From the NCBI RefSeq assembly GCF_009914755.1, contig NC_060929.1: a DNA stretch of 64,000 nucleotides, one strand, 5' to 3'. The DNA comes from the human T2T-CHM13v2.0 reference genome, Homo sapiens. A program made the position numbers and the translations under genes. Of this stretch, positions 24,831 to 39,513 are shown one piece after another. Below the pieces are notes generated by a model. It did no database searches. It was not told where the DNA came from and saw only the letters and a list, made by a program, of their open reading frames with translations. Every line of letters starts with the position of its first letter. The first letter of the stretch is position 1.

Positions 24831-26600
24831 CTAAGGGTTTTCTGTCATTCTAGAGCAATTAAAAATGAGGGGACTTCCAGTTCCAAAATGGCCACATAGA
24901 AGCAGGCTTGAACCGCCCCCATCAATAATCCCAGAAAACAAAAAACAAGTATACAGTGCTGAGATTAGTACTTGAAATATCCCCAAACTCAAACATAAAT
25001 ATAAGACAATTCCTGGGGCCACAGAGAAGTGAAAAAACATAGAGATGATTGTATGAGAACCAAAATTCCACATCCATGACACCCCTCCTTCCCATTCTGC
25101 CCAGTACCAGATGTACAGAGAATTTTGCCCCAACTCACTGCTCTCACCCTGAAAAAAGTGATATCAAGGTAGACAACAACTTTCTCACCTTCTCGAATTC
25201 CCTGGCAGAATATTTGTCCTTGTCTTAACCCATAAGAAACATCTCAGGTGCCAGAAAGGAGAAATATCCCTGAAAACAGACAGAGAAAAAGTGGGGAGGC
25301 AGAAATACCATCCCCAGTCCTGGAAACTCTGCTTTATAACTCAGCCAAAGGTATGCCAAATCAGAGTGGCTGTTTAGCAGCACCATACTGTAGGAAGTTT
25401 GTTTCATAGGTCCCCAGGAGCAACTCCCTCACCAGCCTTTTCACACTGCTGGGACATGCTATTTACAATCCTTCCCCATTTGGAAAGGTTAATGTTCAAA
25501 TCATTTACCAGAGGCAAAGCAAACCTGGACTTAAGGATCTGGCTGGGGGTGGAGGCAATGACCAAGAGACAAAGGGATCTCTGTGAAAAACATATCCAAT
25601 AAAAAGCAAAACAAGGAAGACAGAGAAGACTAGAATAAATTCTTTAATACAAAGACATAGACATACATGCACAAGAAACAACAGCAAACAGGAAACCATA
25701 ATCTCTCCAAATGGGCAAAGCAAAAAACCAGTAACTGACCCTGTTGATATGGCTATATGTGAGCTCTCTGACCATGAATTCAAAGTAGTAGTTTTAAGGA
25801 AATTCAGTGACCTCCAAAATAACACAAAAAAGCAGTTCAGAAATTTATCAGAGAAACTCAACAAAGATATTAAAATAATGTAAAAAATCAAACAGAAATC
25901 CTCGGAACTGAGAAACACATTTGCTGTGCTGAAAAATTCACTAGAGGCTTTCATCAGCAAAGGAATCAAGCAGAGAAAAGAATCAGTAAAATTGAACACA
26001 GGCTACTTGGAAACACACAGTCAGAAGAGAGAGAGAAAAAAAGTAAAAATGAATGAAGACCTCCTGCAAGATACAGAAAATTACCTCAAAGAATTAAATC
26101 TAAGAATTATTGATGGTCAAGAGGGAATTGATTAAGAGATGGGGTAGAAAGTTTATTTAAATAAATAATAACAAAAAAATTTTCAACTTGAGAAAGATAA
26201 AAAATTCAGGTACAGCAAAGTCAGAGAACACCAAACAGATACCCAAACAAGACAATCCCAAGGTATATAATAATCATGTTCTCAAAGGTTCAGGACAAGA
26301 GAGAATCCTAAAAGCAGCATGAGAAAAGAAGCAGATAATGAAAAGGAGTTCCAGTTGGTCTGGCAACAGACTTCTCAAAGGAAGCCATACAGGCAAGGGG
26401 AAAGTGAAATGACATTTTTAAAGTGCTGAAAGAAAAATACTGTCATTCAAGAATATTGTACCCAGAAAAGTTATCCTTCAAATATGAAGGAGAGATAAAG
26501 TCTTTCCCAGACAAACAAAAGCTGAGAGAATTCACCACCATCAGACCTGTCTTACAAGAAATACTAACCGGAGTTCTTTAAGCTGAAAGAATAAAACAAC

Positions 26601-27275
<675 letters not shown>

Positions 27276-30200
27276 ACACCAATGTTCGAAAATAAAATAA
27301 TAAACAAAAAACATACAGAACATTTAAAGTTATAAAACCACTGGTAAAATTAAGTAACTGGACAAACCCACAATACTCTAATATTGTAATTGTGGTGTGC
27401 AATACACTCATAACTCTAGCCCCAAAGATAAATCCATCGAAACAATAATAGCTACGACAACCTATTAAGAGATAGGTAATATAAAAATATGTAAGTTGAA
27501 TATAAAAGTAAAATGTGGGGGAGATGGAGTTAAAGTGTAGACTTTTTTTCATTTTCCTTTTGTTTCTATTATTTTTTATCTAAGATAAGTTGTCATCTCT
27601 TTAAAATAGCATTATATCTACAAGATGGTTTTTGCAAGCCTCATGGTAACCACAATGCAGAAACCTGTAATAGATTTGCTAAAGATAAAATGCAACAGTT
27701 TAAAACATACTTCCAGAGAAAATCACTTAGCCATTAAGGAAGAGGATAAGAAAGGAGAAAGAAAGAGATAATTTACAAAACAACCAGGAAACAAGCATAG
27801 AAATGGCAGTAGTAAGTTTTTACTTATCAGTAGTAACATTTTATATAAATGGATGCAATTTTCCAATTAAAAGGCATACAGTGGCTAAATGGATAAATAA
27901 GACCATCTATATGCTTCCTATAAGATATCCACTTTATCTGGACACACAGACTGAAAGTGAAGGACTGGAAAAAGATGTTCCATGCAACTGGAAATCAAAA
28001 AAGAGCAGGAGTTGCTATACTAATACAAGGTAAAATAGACTACAAATCTAAAATGGTACAAAGAGACAAAGAATTTCACTACATAGTAACAAAGGTGTCA
28101 ATTCAGTAAGAAGACAAAACAATCATAAATATTTATGGACTAAAAATTGAGGCGTCCAAGTATAAAAAACAAACATTAAAAAGTCTGAGGGGAAAGACAG
28201 ACTTCAGTATGAGAATAGCAGCGGACTTTAACACCACACTCTTAGTAATGGACAGATCATCCAGATAGCAAATAATAAGGAAACATCAGAGTTAAACTAT
28301 ACAATACATCTAATAGGCCTAACTGACATTTTCAGAACATTTCTCCCAACTACTGCAGAATACACATTCTTTTCTTCAGCACATGGAACATTCTTCAGAA
28401 AAGATACCTTAGGCCACAAAACAAGTCTGAAGAAATTCAAAAAGTTAGAAATTATATCAGGTACCTTTTCTGACCAGGATGGAATAAAACTACAATAACA
28501 AGAGAACCTCAGAAATATCACAAACACATGGAAATTAAACATGCTCATGAATTATCAATAGATCAATGAAGAAATTAACAAAATTTTTAAAATTTATTGA
28601 AACCAGTGAAAATGAAAATACAAAATATCCAAATCTGTAAGTTCCAGTACTAAAAAGGAATTTTATAGCAATAAACATGTATATCAAAATAGTAGAAAGA
28701 CTTCAAGAAATAAATCTAATGATGCACCTCAATAAACCACAAAAGCAAGAATAAACTGAACCCAAAATTAGAAGGAAAGAAATAATAAAGATCAGAGCAG
28801 AAATTAATAAAATTGAAATTTTTTTAAAGTACAGAAGATCGATGGAACAAAATTTGATTTTCAAAAAGCTAAAAAAAGTACCTTTAGCTAGATTAAGAAA
28901 AAAAAGAGAGAAGACTCAGATAAATAACATCAGAGGGAAAAATAACAACTGAGACCATAGAAATACACTAAATCATTAAAAATATTATGAACAGCTATTT
29001 GCCAAAAAATTGGAAAACTTAGAATATATGAGTAAATTCCTGGACACATATAACCTACCAAGATTGAACCATGAAGAAATCTAAAACCCCAATAAATCAA
29101 TAATGAGTAATGAGATAAAAGCTATAATGAAAAGTCTCCTATGAAAAAAACAAAACAAAAAGCCCAGGACCTGATGGCTTCACTGCTACTGCTAAATTCT
29201 GCCAAATGTGTGAAAAAGAGCTAATACCAATTCTCAATCCTCAATCCTCAAACTCCTCAAAAATACAGAAGAGGAGGAAATACTTCCAAACTCATTGTAC
29301 AAGCCTGGCATTACCCAGAAACCAAACCTGGACAAGGACATGGTGAGAAAAGAAAACTACTAGCCAATATCACTGATGAACATAGAGGCAAAAATCCTCA
29401 ACAAAATACTAGCAAATCAAATTCAACAATGCAATATAATGATTATTCACCATGCTCAATCAGGATTCATCCTAGGGATGCAAGGATGGTTCAACATATG
29501 CAAATTGATAAAACTGATACACGACATTAACAGAACCAAGAACAAAAACATGAATACTTCAATAGATGCCAAAAAAGCATTTGATAAAATTCAACATCCC
29601 TTTATGATTAAAAACCCTCATCAAACTGGGAATAGAAGCAAGATACTTCAAAATAATAGACTATATGTGACAAACCCACGGATAACATTGCACTGAATGG
29701 GGAAAAATTGAAGACATTTCCTCTAAGATATGGAACAAAACAGGGATGCCCACTTCCAATGCTTTTATTCAACATAATCGGAAGTTCTTGTCAGAACAAG
29801 TAGGCAAGAGAAAGAAATAGTGGGTTTTCAAACTGAAAGAAAGGAGTCGAATTATTCTTGTTCTCAGATGACATAATCTTGTACTTAGAAAAAAATCAGA
29901 AAAATCTGGCAAAAAACAGAGCTTATAAATGAATTTGGTAAAGTTGCAGTAATACAAAATCAACATGCAAAAATCAGGAGCATTTATATATGGCAACAGT
30001 GAACAATGTGAAAAAGACATCAAGAAAGCAACCCATTTACAATAGCTACAATGAATATTGATTAATTAGGAGTCAATTTAACCAAAGAAGTAAAACATCT
30101 GTACAAGGAAAACTATAAAACACTGATGAAAGTAATTGAAGAGGACATCAAAATAAATACATTGCATATTAATGAACTGGAAGAATGACACTTCTATCAA

Positions 30201-30768
30201 AAGCAATCTACAGATTCAATGCAACTCCTATCAATGACATTTTTCACAGAAATAGGAAAAAAAAATCTAAAATTTATATAGACACCAGTAAGAGCCCAAT
30301 AACCTAAGCAATCCTAATCAGGGAATTAAACTAGAGGCCTTACACTGCCTACTGTACCTACTGTAAAATTTACTACAAATCTAGAGTAAAAAGATTGATT
30401 AGCATGGTACTGGCATAAAAACAGAAACATAGACCCATGGAACAGAGTAGTGAACCCAGATATAAACATGCATTTACAGCTAACTAATCTTTGTGACAAA
30501 GGCACCAAGATCATGAAGTGGGGAAAGGACAATCTCTTAGATAAATGGTGCTGAGAAAACTGGATGACCATATGCATAAGAATGAAAATAGACTCATAAC
30601 TCTCACTATACAAAAAAATCAAATCAAAATGGACTAAAGATTTAAATCAAATACCTAAAGCTATGAAACTACTAGAAGACAACTTTGGAGAAATCCTCCA
30701 GGACATTGATCTGGACAAAGATTTCTTGAATAAGATCGCAAAACAAAAAACAAACAAACAAAAAAACA

Positions 30769-31078
<310 letters not shown>

Positions 31079-31721
31079 CTAAAAAGCTTCTGCATAGCAA
31101 AGGAAACAACCAACAAAGTGAAAAAAAAAAACTCAGAATGGGAGAAAATGTTTGCACACTAACCCATCTGACAAGGGACTAATAACCAGAATATATAAGG
31201 AGCCCAAACAATTCAATAGCAAAAACTCAAATAATCCAATTTAAAAATGAACAAAAGAACTGAATAGGTATTTTTTCACAAAAAGACATCCAATGGCCAA
31301 CATTAATATTTTAAAATGCTCAACATCACTAATCATCAGAGAAATGCAAATCAAAATCACAATGTGATATTATCTGACCACAAAGTGGCTTTTATCAAAA
31401 AGACGGGCAATAACAGATGCTGGCAAGGATTCAGAGAAAGGGGAACCCTCATACACTATTGTGGAAATGTAAATTAGTAAAATTACTAATTAGTACAACT
31501 ACTATGGAGAACAATATACAGCTACCTCAAAAAACTACAAATAGAATTACCATATGATCCATAAATCTTACTGTTGGGTATATACCCCCCAAAAAGAATA
31601 TATCAAAAGACATTTGCACTCCTGTATTAGTCAGTGTTCTCTAGAGGAACAGAAGTAATGGAATATATATTATATATAACTAATGGAATATATATAATAT
31701 ATATTCCATATAACTAATGGA

Positions 31722-31754
<33 letters not shown>

Positions 31755-33204
31755 GAGTTTATTAAGTATTAACTCACATGATCACAAGGTTCCATAATAG
31801 GCTGTCTGCAGGCTGAGGAGCAAGGAGAGCCAGTCCAAGTTTCAAAACTGAAGAACTTGGAGTCCAGTGTTTGAGGGCAGGAAGCATCCAGTATGGGAGA
31901 AAGATGTAGGTTGGGAGGCTAGGGCAGTCTCTCTTTTCACATTTTTCTGCTTGCTTATATTCTAGCCATGCTGGCAGCTGATTAGATGGTGCCCATCCAG
32001 ATTAAGGGTGGGTCTGCCTTTCCCAGCCCACTGACTCAAATGTTAAATGTTTGACAGTACCCTCACAGACGCACCCAGGATCAATACTTTGTATCCATCA
32101 ATCCAATCAAGTTGACTCTCACTATTAACCATCACAAGTCTATCCGTTGTCAACGTGAACCCTTACACATCTTCTGAGATTATACATAATCTTCGAATAA
32201 AGACAATAAGCTCATAACTGCGTCTAACATAATACAACTATCCTTCGTACAAGCAGAAATGCACCAATCCCCAACCCAAATACCATTAAATAAAGTTAAC
32301 AATACTTAAACGCTGATGTGAAGCCAATAAATCTTATGTCACATGATAAAGGAGAAAGGAAATGAAATGAAGATATTTTCTTAGTACAAGCATATGAATG
32401 CACAAACATGTTTTTAACAAAAGGAGGAAATATGACAATTACAGTCCTTGTTTCTGCAGTTGACCCTGTGGTCATAGCTGGTATTAATGACTACCTTCTT
32501 CTAATATCCATCTTTCAATCCATCTTTGAATCCATATTTCAGCTAACCAAGCAAATAAACTATTAGAACCTTTTTTTTTTTTTTTTTACCTCTCTGAGCT
32601 GCAACATTAAATGCAGAATCCCTACTTAGTGGTCCCAAATCAATAAATTCAGCCTAATTCATCCCTATGTTCCTTCCATCATTATCCCACACCCTTAATA
32701 TCCATTCTGATGCTTGTTATTCAGATTTCTGTTTATATAAATTAGACAACTCAAGCAGTTCTTTTTGAGTGTAGCTCACCTTCTCATGGGTCACATTCTC
32801 AACCTCCCCTCTAGGGGCCCACCAGGACTTCACTGTAGTTATAGGTCTAGAAGTAAACAGGGGTGCTGGGGGTGGCTCCTGAGGAGAATCAACATTATCT
32901 TGCCTGGCAACTGCCTAAGGGGAGGCCGTCACTGTTCGGCTTCAGGCAGTGCAAGGTTTATCTCCTCAGACAAAGGTGGAAAGGCTGATGGCAGCATGGG
33001 TTGGGGAGGGAATGTTGCCACTACTGGGGATGGGGAAGCTGTTTATTCTGGCGAAAAAGTTTCATCAGAGTTTATAAGCTCGGGGTCCCCAGCCTCATCA
33101 GGGTCCTTGAATACATCCCCATTCCAAGTTGCAGGGTCCCATTCTTTTCCAATCAATGCCCTCACTTTAACAGTAGACACCTGGTAAGGCTGTGACTGAA
33201 CCTT

Positions 33205-33663
33205 TCATTGCAGGTCAACCACTCTCATGATAAGAGCTTGTGTCTGAATTTCCACAATTTTAGCTCTTTCTCTACAGGAGATAAGATGGTGACTCATGGC
33301 AATCTTGGCAGATTTGAGGTTCAGTATCTGCTTCTGAAGCCAGGAGACAGAATCCCTGAGTTCATCATTTTCTTTCATCACTTTGTCCACTGAACTTAGG
33401 AGCAACCAACCAGCTTCATTATATTCCTTGGTTCTCCACATATGGTCAACGGTATCATATATAGAGTCACTAAACTCCTTGTCTCTCATGAGAGGTGAAT
33501 CAGGAGTGTCAAATGCATTTATTTTGTATAACTCTTTAAATAGTTCATGCCAAAGATCATCAATATTCTCCATACTATTAGAATTAGAGTCCTTAGCATT
33601 TTCGGGTCTAATAATATTAAGCAGCCAACTCCAGAAACCCCAAAACCAACAAAAGAACTTCAT
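33205..33663 (-). pseudogene. HERV-L gag N-terminal ORF (152 aa), Fv1-related family
   Basis: EYNEAGWLLLSSVDKVMKENDELRD; gag homology continues in frame past the TGA (KVRALIGKEWDPATWNGDV). Confidence 0.85.
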
Positions 33664-33688
33664 CCTTAATATTCTGTTCCTCCAGAAC

Positions 33689-33702
33689 TACTCCTGGTAC
33701 CA
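33689..33702 (-). other. Primer-binding site, tRNA-Leu type
   Basis: TGGTACCAGGAGTA on minus strand a few nt inside the 5' LTR boundary. Confidence 0.75.
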
Positions 33703-34246
33703 AAATCTGTATTAGGGTTTACTAGAGGGACAGAATTAATAGAATATGTGTATATATAAAGGAGAGTTTATTAAGTATTAATTCACATGATCACAAAGTC
33801 CCACAGTAGTCTGTCTTCATGCTGAGGAGCAAGAAAGCCCAGTCTGAGTTTCTAAATGGAAGAACCTGGAGTCTGATACTCGAGGGCACAAAGCATCTAG
33901 CATGGGGGAAAGATGTAGGCTGGGAGGCTGGGCCAGTCTCTCTTTTCACATTTTTCTGCCTGCTTATATTGCTGCCATGCTGGCAGCTGATTAGATTGTG
34001 CCTACCTAGATTAAGGGTGGATCTGCCTTTCCCAGCCCACTGACTCAAATGTTAACTCTCCTTTGGCAACACCCTCACAGACACACCCAGGATCAATACT
34101 TTGTATCCATCAATTCAATCAAACTGACACTCAGCATTAACCATCACAACTCCCATGTTTATTGCAGCATTATTCTCAATGACCAAAATGTGGAATCACC
34201 GTAAGTGCACATCAACAGACGAATGGATAAAGAAAATGTGATATAT

Positions 34247-35032
34247 CATGAAAAAATGCTCATCATCACTGGCCATCAGAGAAATGCAAATCAAAACCAC
34301 AATGAGATACCACCTCACATCAGTTAGAATGGCGATCATTAAAAAGTCAGGAAACAACAGGTGCTGGAGAGGATGTGGAGAAATAGGAACACTTTTACAC
34401 TGTTGGTGGGACTGTAAACTAGTTCGTCTACTGTGGAAGACAGTGTGGCAATTCCTCAAGGATCTAGAACTAGAAATACCATTTGACCCAGCCATCCCAT
34501 TACTGGGTATATACCCAAAGTATTATAAATCATGCTGCTATAAAGACACATGTACACGTATGTTTATTGCGGCACTATTCACAATAGTAAAGACTTGGAA
34601 ACAACCCAAATGTCCATCAATGATAGACTGGATTAAGAAAATGTGGCACATATACACCATGGAATACTATGCAGCCATAAAAAAGAATGAGTTCATGTCC
34701 TTTGTAGGGACATGGATGAAGCTGGAAACCATCATTCTCAGCAAACTATTGCAAGGACAGAAAACTAAACACTGCATGTTCTCCCTCATAGGTGGAAACG
34801 GAACAATGAGAACACTTGGACACAGGGTGGGGAACATCACACACTGGGGCCTATCCCGGGGTTGGGGGAGGGGGGAGGGATAGCATTAGGAGATATACCT
34901 AATGTAAATGACAAGTTAATGGGTGCAGCACACCAACGTGGCACATGTATACATATGTAACAAACCTGCACGTTGTGCACATGTACCCTAGAACTTAAAA
35001 GTATAATAAAAATAAAAAATTAAAAAAATAAA
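34247..35032 (+). mobile_element. 5'-truncated L1PA (L1PA5-like) 3' end
   Basis: ORF2p C-terminus ([21 protein letters not shown]), L1PA 3' UTR with G-rich tract, A-rich tail, 18-bp TSD AAAGAAAATGTGATATAT. Confidence 0.95.
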
Positions 35033-35184
35033 TTGTGAATATCTTCACAACTTCCAAAAAAAAAGAAAATGTGATATATATACACAATGGAATATTATTC
35101 AGCCGTAAAAAATAGTGAAATCCTGTTATTTGCAGCAACGCTGATGGAACATGAGTCATTATGTTAAATGAAACAAACCAAGTA

Positions 35185-35468
35185 GCCTGTAATCCCAGCA
35201 TTTCGTTAGGCCAAGGTAGGTGAATTGCTTTTGCCCAGAAGTTACAGACCTGCCTCAGCAACATGGCAAAACTGCATCTCTACAAAAATATACAAAAATT
35301 AGCCAGGTGCGATGGCGTGCACCTGTGGTCCCAGCTACTCAGGAGGCTGAGAAGAGGGAGGATTATTTAAGTTTGTGAGGTGGAGCCTGCAGTGAGCTGA
35401 GATAGCACCACTGCACTCCACCCTGAGTGACAGAGGGAGACTCTGTCTCAAAAAGAAAAAAAAAAAAG
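35185..35468 (+). mobile_element. AluJ, 5' truncated
   Basis: ttgcttttgcccagaagtt, tctctacaaaaa and other J-type positions; poly(A). Confidence 0.9.
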
Positions 35469-36508
35469 AAAAATATTACAGATTTTTAGTCATATGTGGG
35501 AGCTAAAAAGGTGGACCTCATGAAGACAGAGTGTAGCTTAGTGGTTGCCAGAGGCTTGGAAAGGCAGGGAATGGGGGTGATGAAGAGAATTTGATAATTG
35601 GATACAAGTATACAACTGATAGAGAAATAAGACCTGGTATTAGAACAGTAGGGGGATTATAGTTTAAAATAATTTATTGTACATTTCAAATTTGCTAGAG
35701 AAGAACTTGAATGGTTCCAGCATAGAGAAAAGACAAATATTTAAGGTAATGGATATTCCCAGTATACTTATTTGATCTTTATGAATTATATGAATGTATT
35801 AGATTATCACATATACCCTGAAGCTATGTATATCTCTTATACATCAATAAAAAGTTATTTAATTGTTCATCATAATAGTCATAGTTACAGATTTTTATAT
35901 TTTTCTCCAGCGCAGGCAAAGATTAGGAGAAATAGGTATATTTCAACATCAGTGAGATGTTTAACCAATAGTAGTTACTTAAAAATAGATGTCTACTTAT
36001 ACAAGAAAAATAAACTTTTCCTTTAAGCCAATTTTAAAATTTCTTGAATCAAAGAGAATTCCCAACTGATATCATTTATTGAACAATTTATTTGTGATAG
36101 ATATCATGCTAAAACATTATATGTATAAACATACAAACCACAGGCTCAGCTTGACAATATATTCATAGAAACATCAATCCAGTGTTCAAAACAATTAGAA
36201 CATAATTTAAATAAATTATTTCCTCAAAAAAATTCAAAACAGAAGTCATGGTCATAAAACACAGTAAAAATTCTTAGAATCATGCTCCTCACTCTCCTTC
36301 TAATGTCTTTCCACTGGAGCACCTGCCCCCGAATTGTCTCTGCAGTTTTTCTCTCTCTACATGAAAGTCCTCAGAACTCTCTTATAACTTCAGCCATGTC
36401 ATCCCTTTTGTCTGTTATTTCCAATTTAATTTCAACTCACTCCCTAGTTTTTATCTTCATGTGTTATCTTGAATAAACACAGAGGCTATGACAAAGTCAA
36501 AAATTCAC

Positions 36509-36884
36509 TGTGGTAGGCATTACTAATGTTTACTAATATATGTTTCTCCTCTATTTCCAAGTACGTACAATATTACTGCCCAGCTCCTGAACTTAGGTGT
36601 GGCCATGTGACTGCCGTGACCACTATAGTGAAAACAAAAGAAACATGCATTAATTTTGGGTGGAAATATCAACCATGGGTGCTTGACTCTCTAGCATTCT
36701 GTTTTCCTGCTAGCATGTTGTGAAAGCATGTGTTGATATAGAGGTGCCATAAGATCCAGAGAGCAGAAAATGCTGAGCCAACAGTGGAGGACAGCTCCTC
36801 AGAGAGTTGTCTGCACACAGCTTAGCTGAAGATGGTGGAGGTTGTTTGTTATCACAGAAAACCTAACCTGTTTTTACTTATACA
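36509..36884 (+). mobile_element. MLT1I/J-like LTR
   Basis: TGTGGTAGGCA start; ttaggtgtggccatgtgact; ggttgtttgttatcacag..taca end. Confidence 0.7.
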
Positions 36885-36939
36885 TTTATCCCTGGTGGGT
36901 AAGGGAAGGGAAGGGGCTCTAAATATTTATATGTTAACA

Positions 36940-37130
36940 TTCTTCACACTTGCATCTTCTCATTGAATTATTAAAGCAAACCTACAAATTTACCACATTT
37001 ACATCTGTTTTGTAGATAAGGATACAATAGCTCAGGGAAGTGAAGTTGTACCAGGGCAGTAGCTTCTAAAATGACAGAGCTGGGGCTTACACCCAGGTCA
37101 GAACTCATGCTCCTAGACTTTACACTCTGT
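36940..37130 (-). mobile_element. MIR fragment
   Basis: gttttgtagataaggatacaatagctcagggaagtgaag..acacccaggtc. Confidence 0.65.
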
Positions 37131-38698
37131 TACCTCCAATAGTATTTGTTCATTTGCCAAAGGAAGCACTAAACACTTTTCTAATTGACATCGCAGTCCT
37201 CACACATCTGATGAGTACCAGTTGTGTTCACAGCCTCATCCCAGATGGTTACATAATCATAATAAATTTAATGATAGAAGAGGTGCTTTTTTGATTTCAT
37301 AGAACTTTTATTATCTTCTGGTTACAATGATGTGAGAAAACTGAATAAAAACAAAAGCAATTAGCCTATACTTGATAATATTTTAGACTTAAAAAATTGT
37401 TAAAAGTAGATCTCATTTTAAATGTGCTTACTACAATATAAAAAATAATGTTTATTACACTTATTTATAACATATAATTATTTCCAAAGATGATGCTGAG
37501 AGGCTACCCAATTTATGAGTTAAACATATCATAGTGGTGGTAGACACATAACTAATCAATGAAAGGCATAGTTAACCAAATATAAGCAGAATGAGATTGG
37601 GTCATTTGGAATGTGGTGCCTTCAAATAACCTGTTTCATTTCAATTCCCCATTCTAGTTGACTGATTCAGTAGAAATTTTCAGTTTCTTTGGACAACTTA
37701 CTCCAATGGTCCATTCTACTGACCTTTCTCTCAGCTGCTTTTAGAAGTCACAAGTTTCTTTCAAACTACTCCAAGTCTTGCAGTAACCACACTTCACAAA
37801 GCTTTATGAATCATCAAGTTCTTGTCTCTGAAACAAAAGTCTAGTTACATTCATCGTGAATGCCTTTCTTTAGCTGGGTAAAATTGAAACTTTCTGTTTT
37901 TATCTCTTCAAGCATCTACCAGGTTATTTAGAGGCCACAGAGAAATCAACAGAAATGCTTGCTGCTCTATACTTTTGTGGCTCCAGTTACTGCAGTTAGT
38001 GAAAAGGATGCATTTGCCTGATACGCTACCTATTTTTAAGTTTTACCTATGCCTTCCATATTCAATATACAGTGATTCAAAAAATAAATGCTATTTATAG
38101 ATGTATATTGTCTACGCCAAATATTTTCATTCAATATTTTATATTTTCTAAAGTGTATAAGTTTAGGTAGATGTTATTATAGTCCATGACCTCTGGCATC
38201 TAGACTTGGTATTGCATTTGATAAAAATTAGCCAAAAATGTAATCGTTGGAATTGATTGTAGTTTCTGATAAAATAATCCTTTATCAGCTTGAATCATAG
38301 TTTAAAGAACATCAGAACAACCAACTAGAATTTACAAATGTTATTAATGTTCTGGGTGTTCTTATAAAACAAGAAGAGACATTTCAAATTTAGTACTTTC
38401 ACCCTAAAATAGACTCTTTAAGTTGTACTTAAAATATGAAGTATAGATTGATATGTGAAAACATCTGATTAAATGCTTGCTGATTCAGGGGTGGTGAAGG
38501 CAAAATAAAAAGTCAGCAGAAAGTAGCAATGATGACTACCTACAAAGACAAACTCAAGTGGTTTTGCATTACAGCCCCACACCAACTTTTTTCTGACTGT
38601 GCTTCTTTACAGGATATAGGTTCAGAGTCATTACTTTGCTGAGTGGAGGGGATCAATATTGTGGTAGTAACTGCCACATAAAAGATCAAGGAATCTAA

Positions 38699-38898
38699 GC
38701 TGGGTGCTGGCTCATGCCTGTAATCCCAGCACTTTGGGAGGCTGAGACAAGAGGATCCCTTGAGCTCGGGAGGTATAGACTTCAGTGAGCGATGATCTCA
38801 CCACTGTACCTCAGCCTGGGTGACAGAGCAAGACTCTGTTGCTAAAAAACAAACAAACAAACAAAAACCCATACAAACAAACAAATAAAACAGCAAAA
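38699..38898 (+). mobile_element. Alu monomer (FRAM-like) with (CAAA)n tail
   Basis: Single arm running from ctcatgcctgtaatcccagc to gcaagactctgt. Confidence 0.8.
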
Positions 38899-38899
38899 C

Positions 38900-39285
<386 letters not shown>

Positions 39286-39513
39286 TCATAAAAACATGAT
39301 GAAAACTCTATAAACTTTGCAGTGAAATCTATGTACTTATCAACAGATAATTCAGTTGGCATCATTTGCATATCTGAACATCTCAAAGCTCCCAAGGAAT
39401 CTAATTTATAAGAAAGATAACTCATGAGACATTCGCAATTAATAGAAATTGAGTATTCTTCATATGATGTTAACAAGCTGTTAATAGGAGTCACATTTTA
39501 ATTCAGACTTTGA

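Larger units (their letters stand above)
31623..34148 (-). mobile_element. HERV-L provirus with two MLT2A LTRs (31623-32136 and 33708-34148), internally deleted
   Basis: Direct-repeat LTRs TG..CA, exact TSD ACTCC (31618-31622, 34149-34153), gag remnant, PBS. Confidence 0.95.

Noticed and set aside
25505-25999. 164-aa hydrophobic, membrane-like ORF
   Set aside because: Antisense of A-rich L1 ORF1; T-rich codons give spurious hydrophobicity
29376-29696. Reverse transcriptase fragment as an active or novel RT
   Set aside because: Ordinary decayed L1 ORF2 with flanking stops and frameshifts
32765-33187. 140-aa plus-strand ORF
   Set aside because: Antisense to HERV-L gag; no independent support
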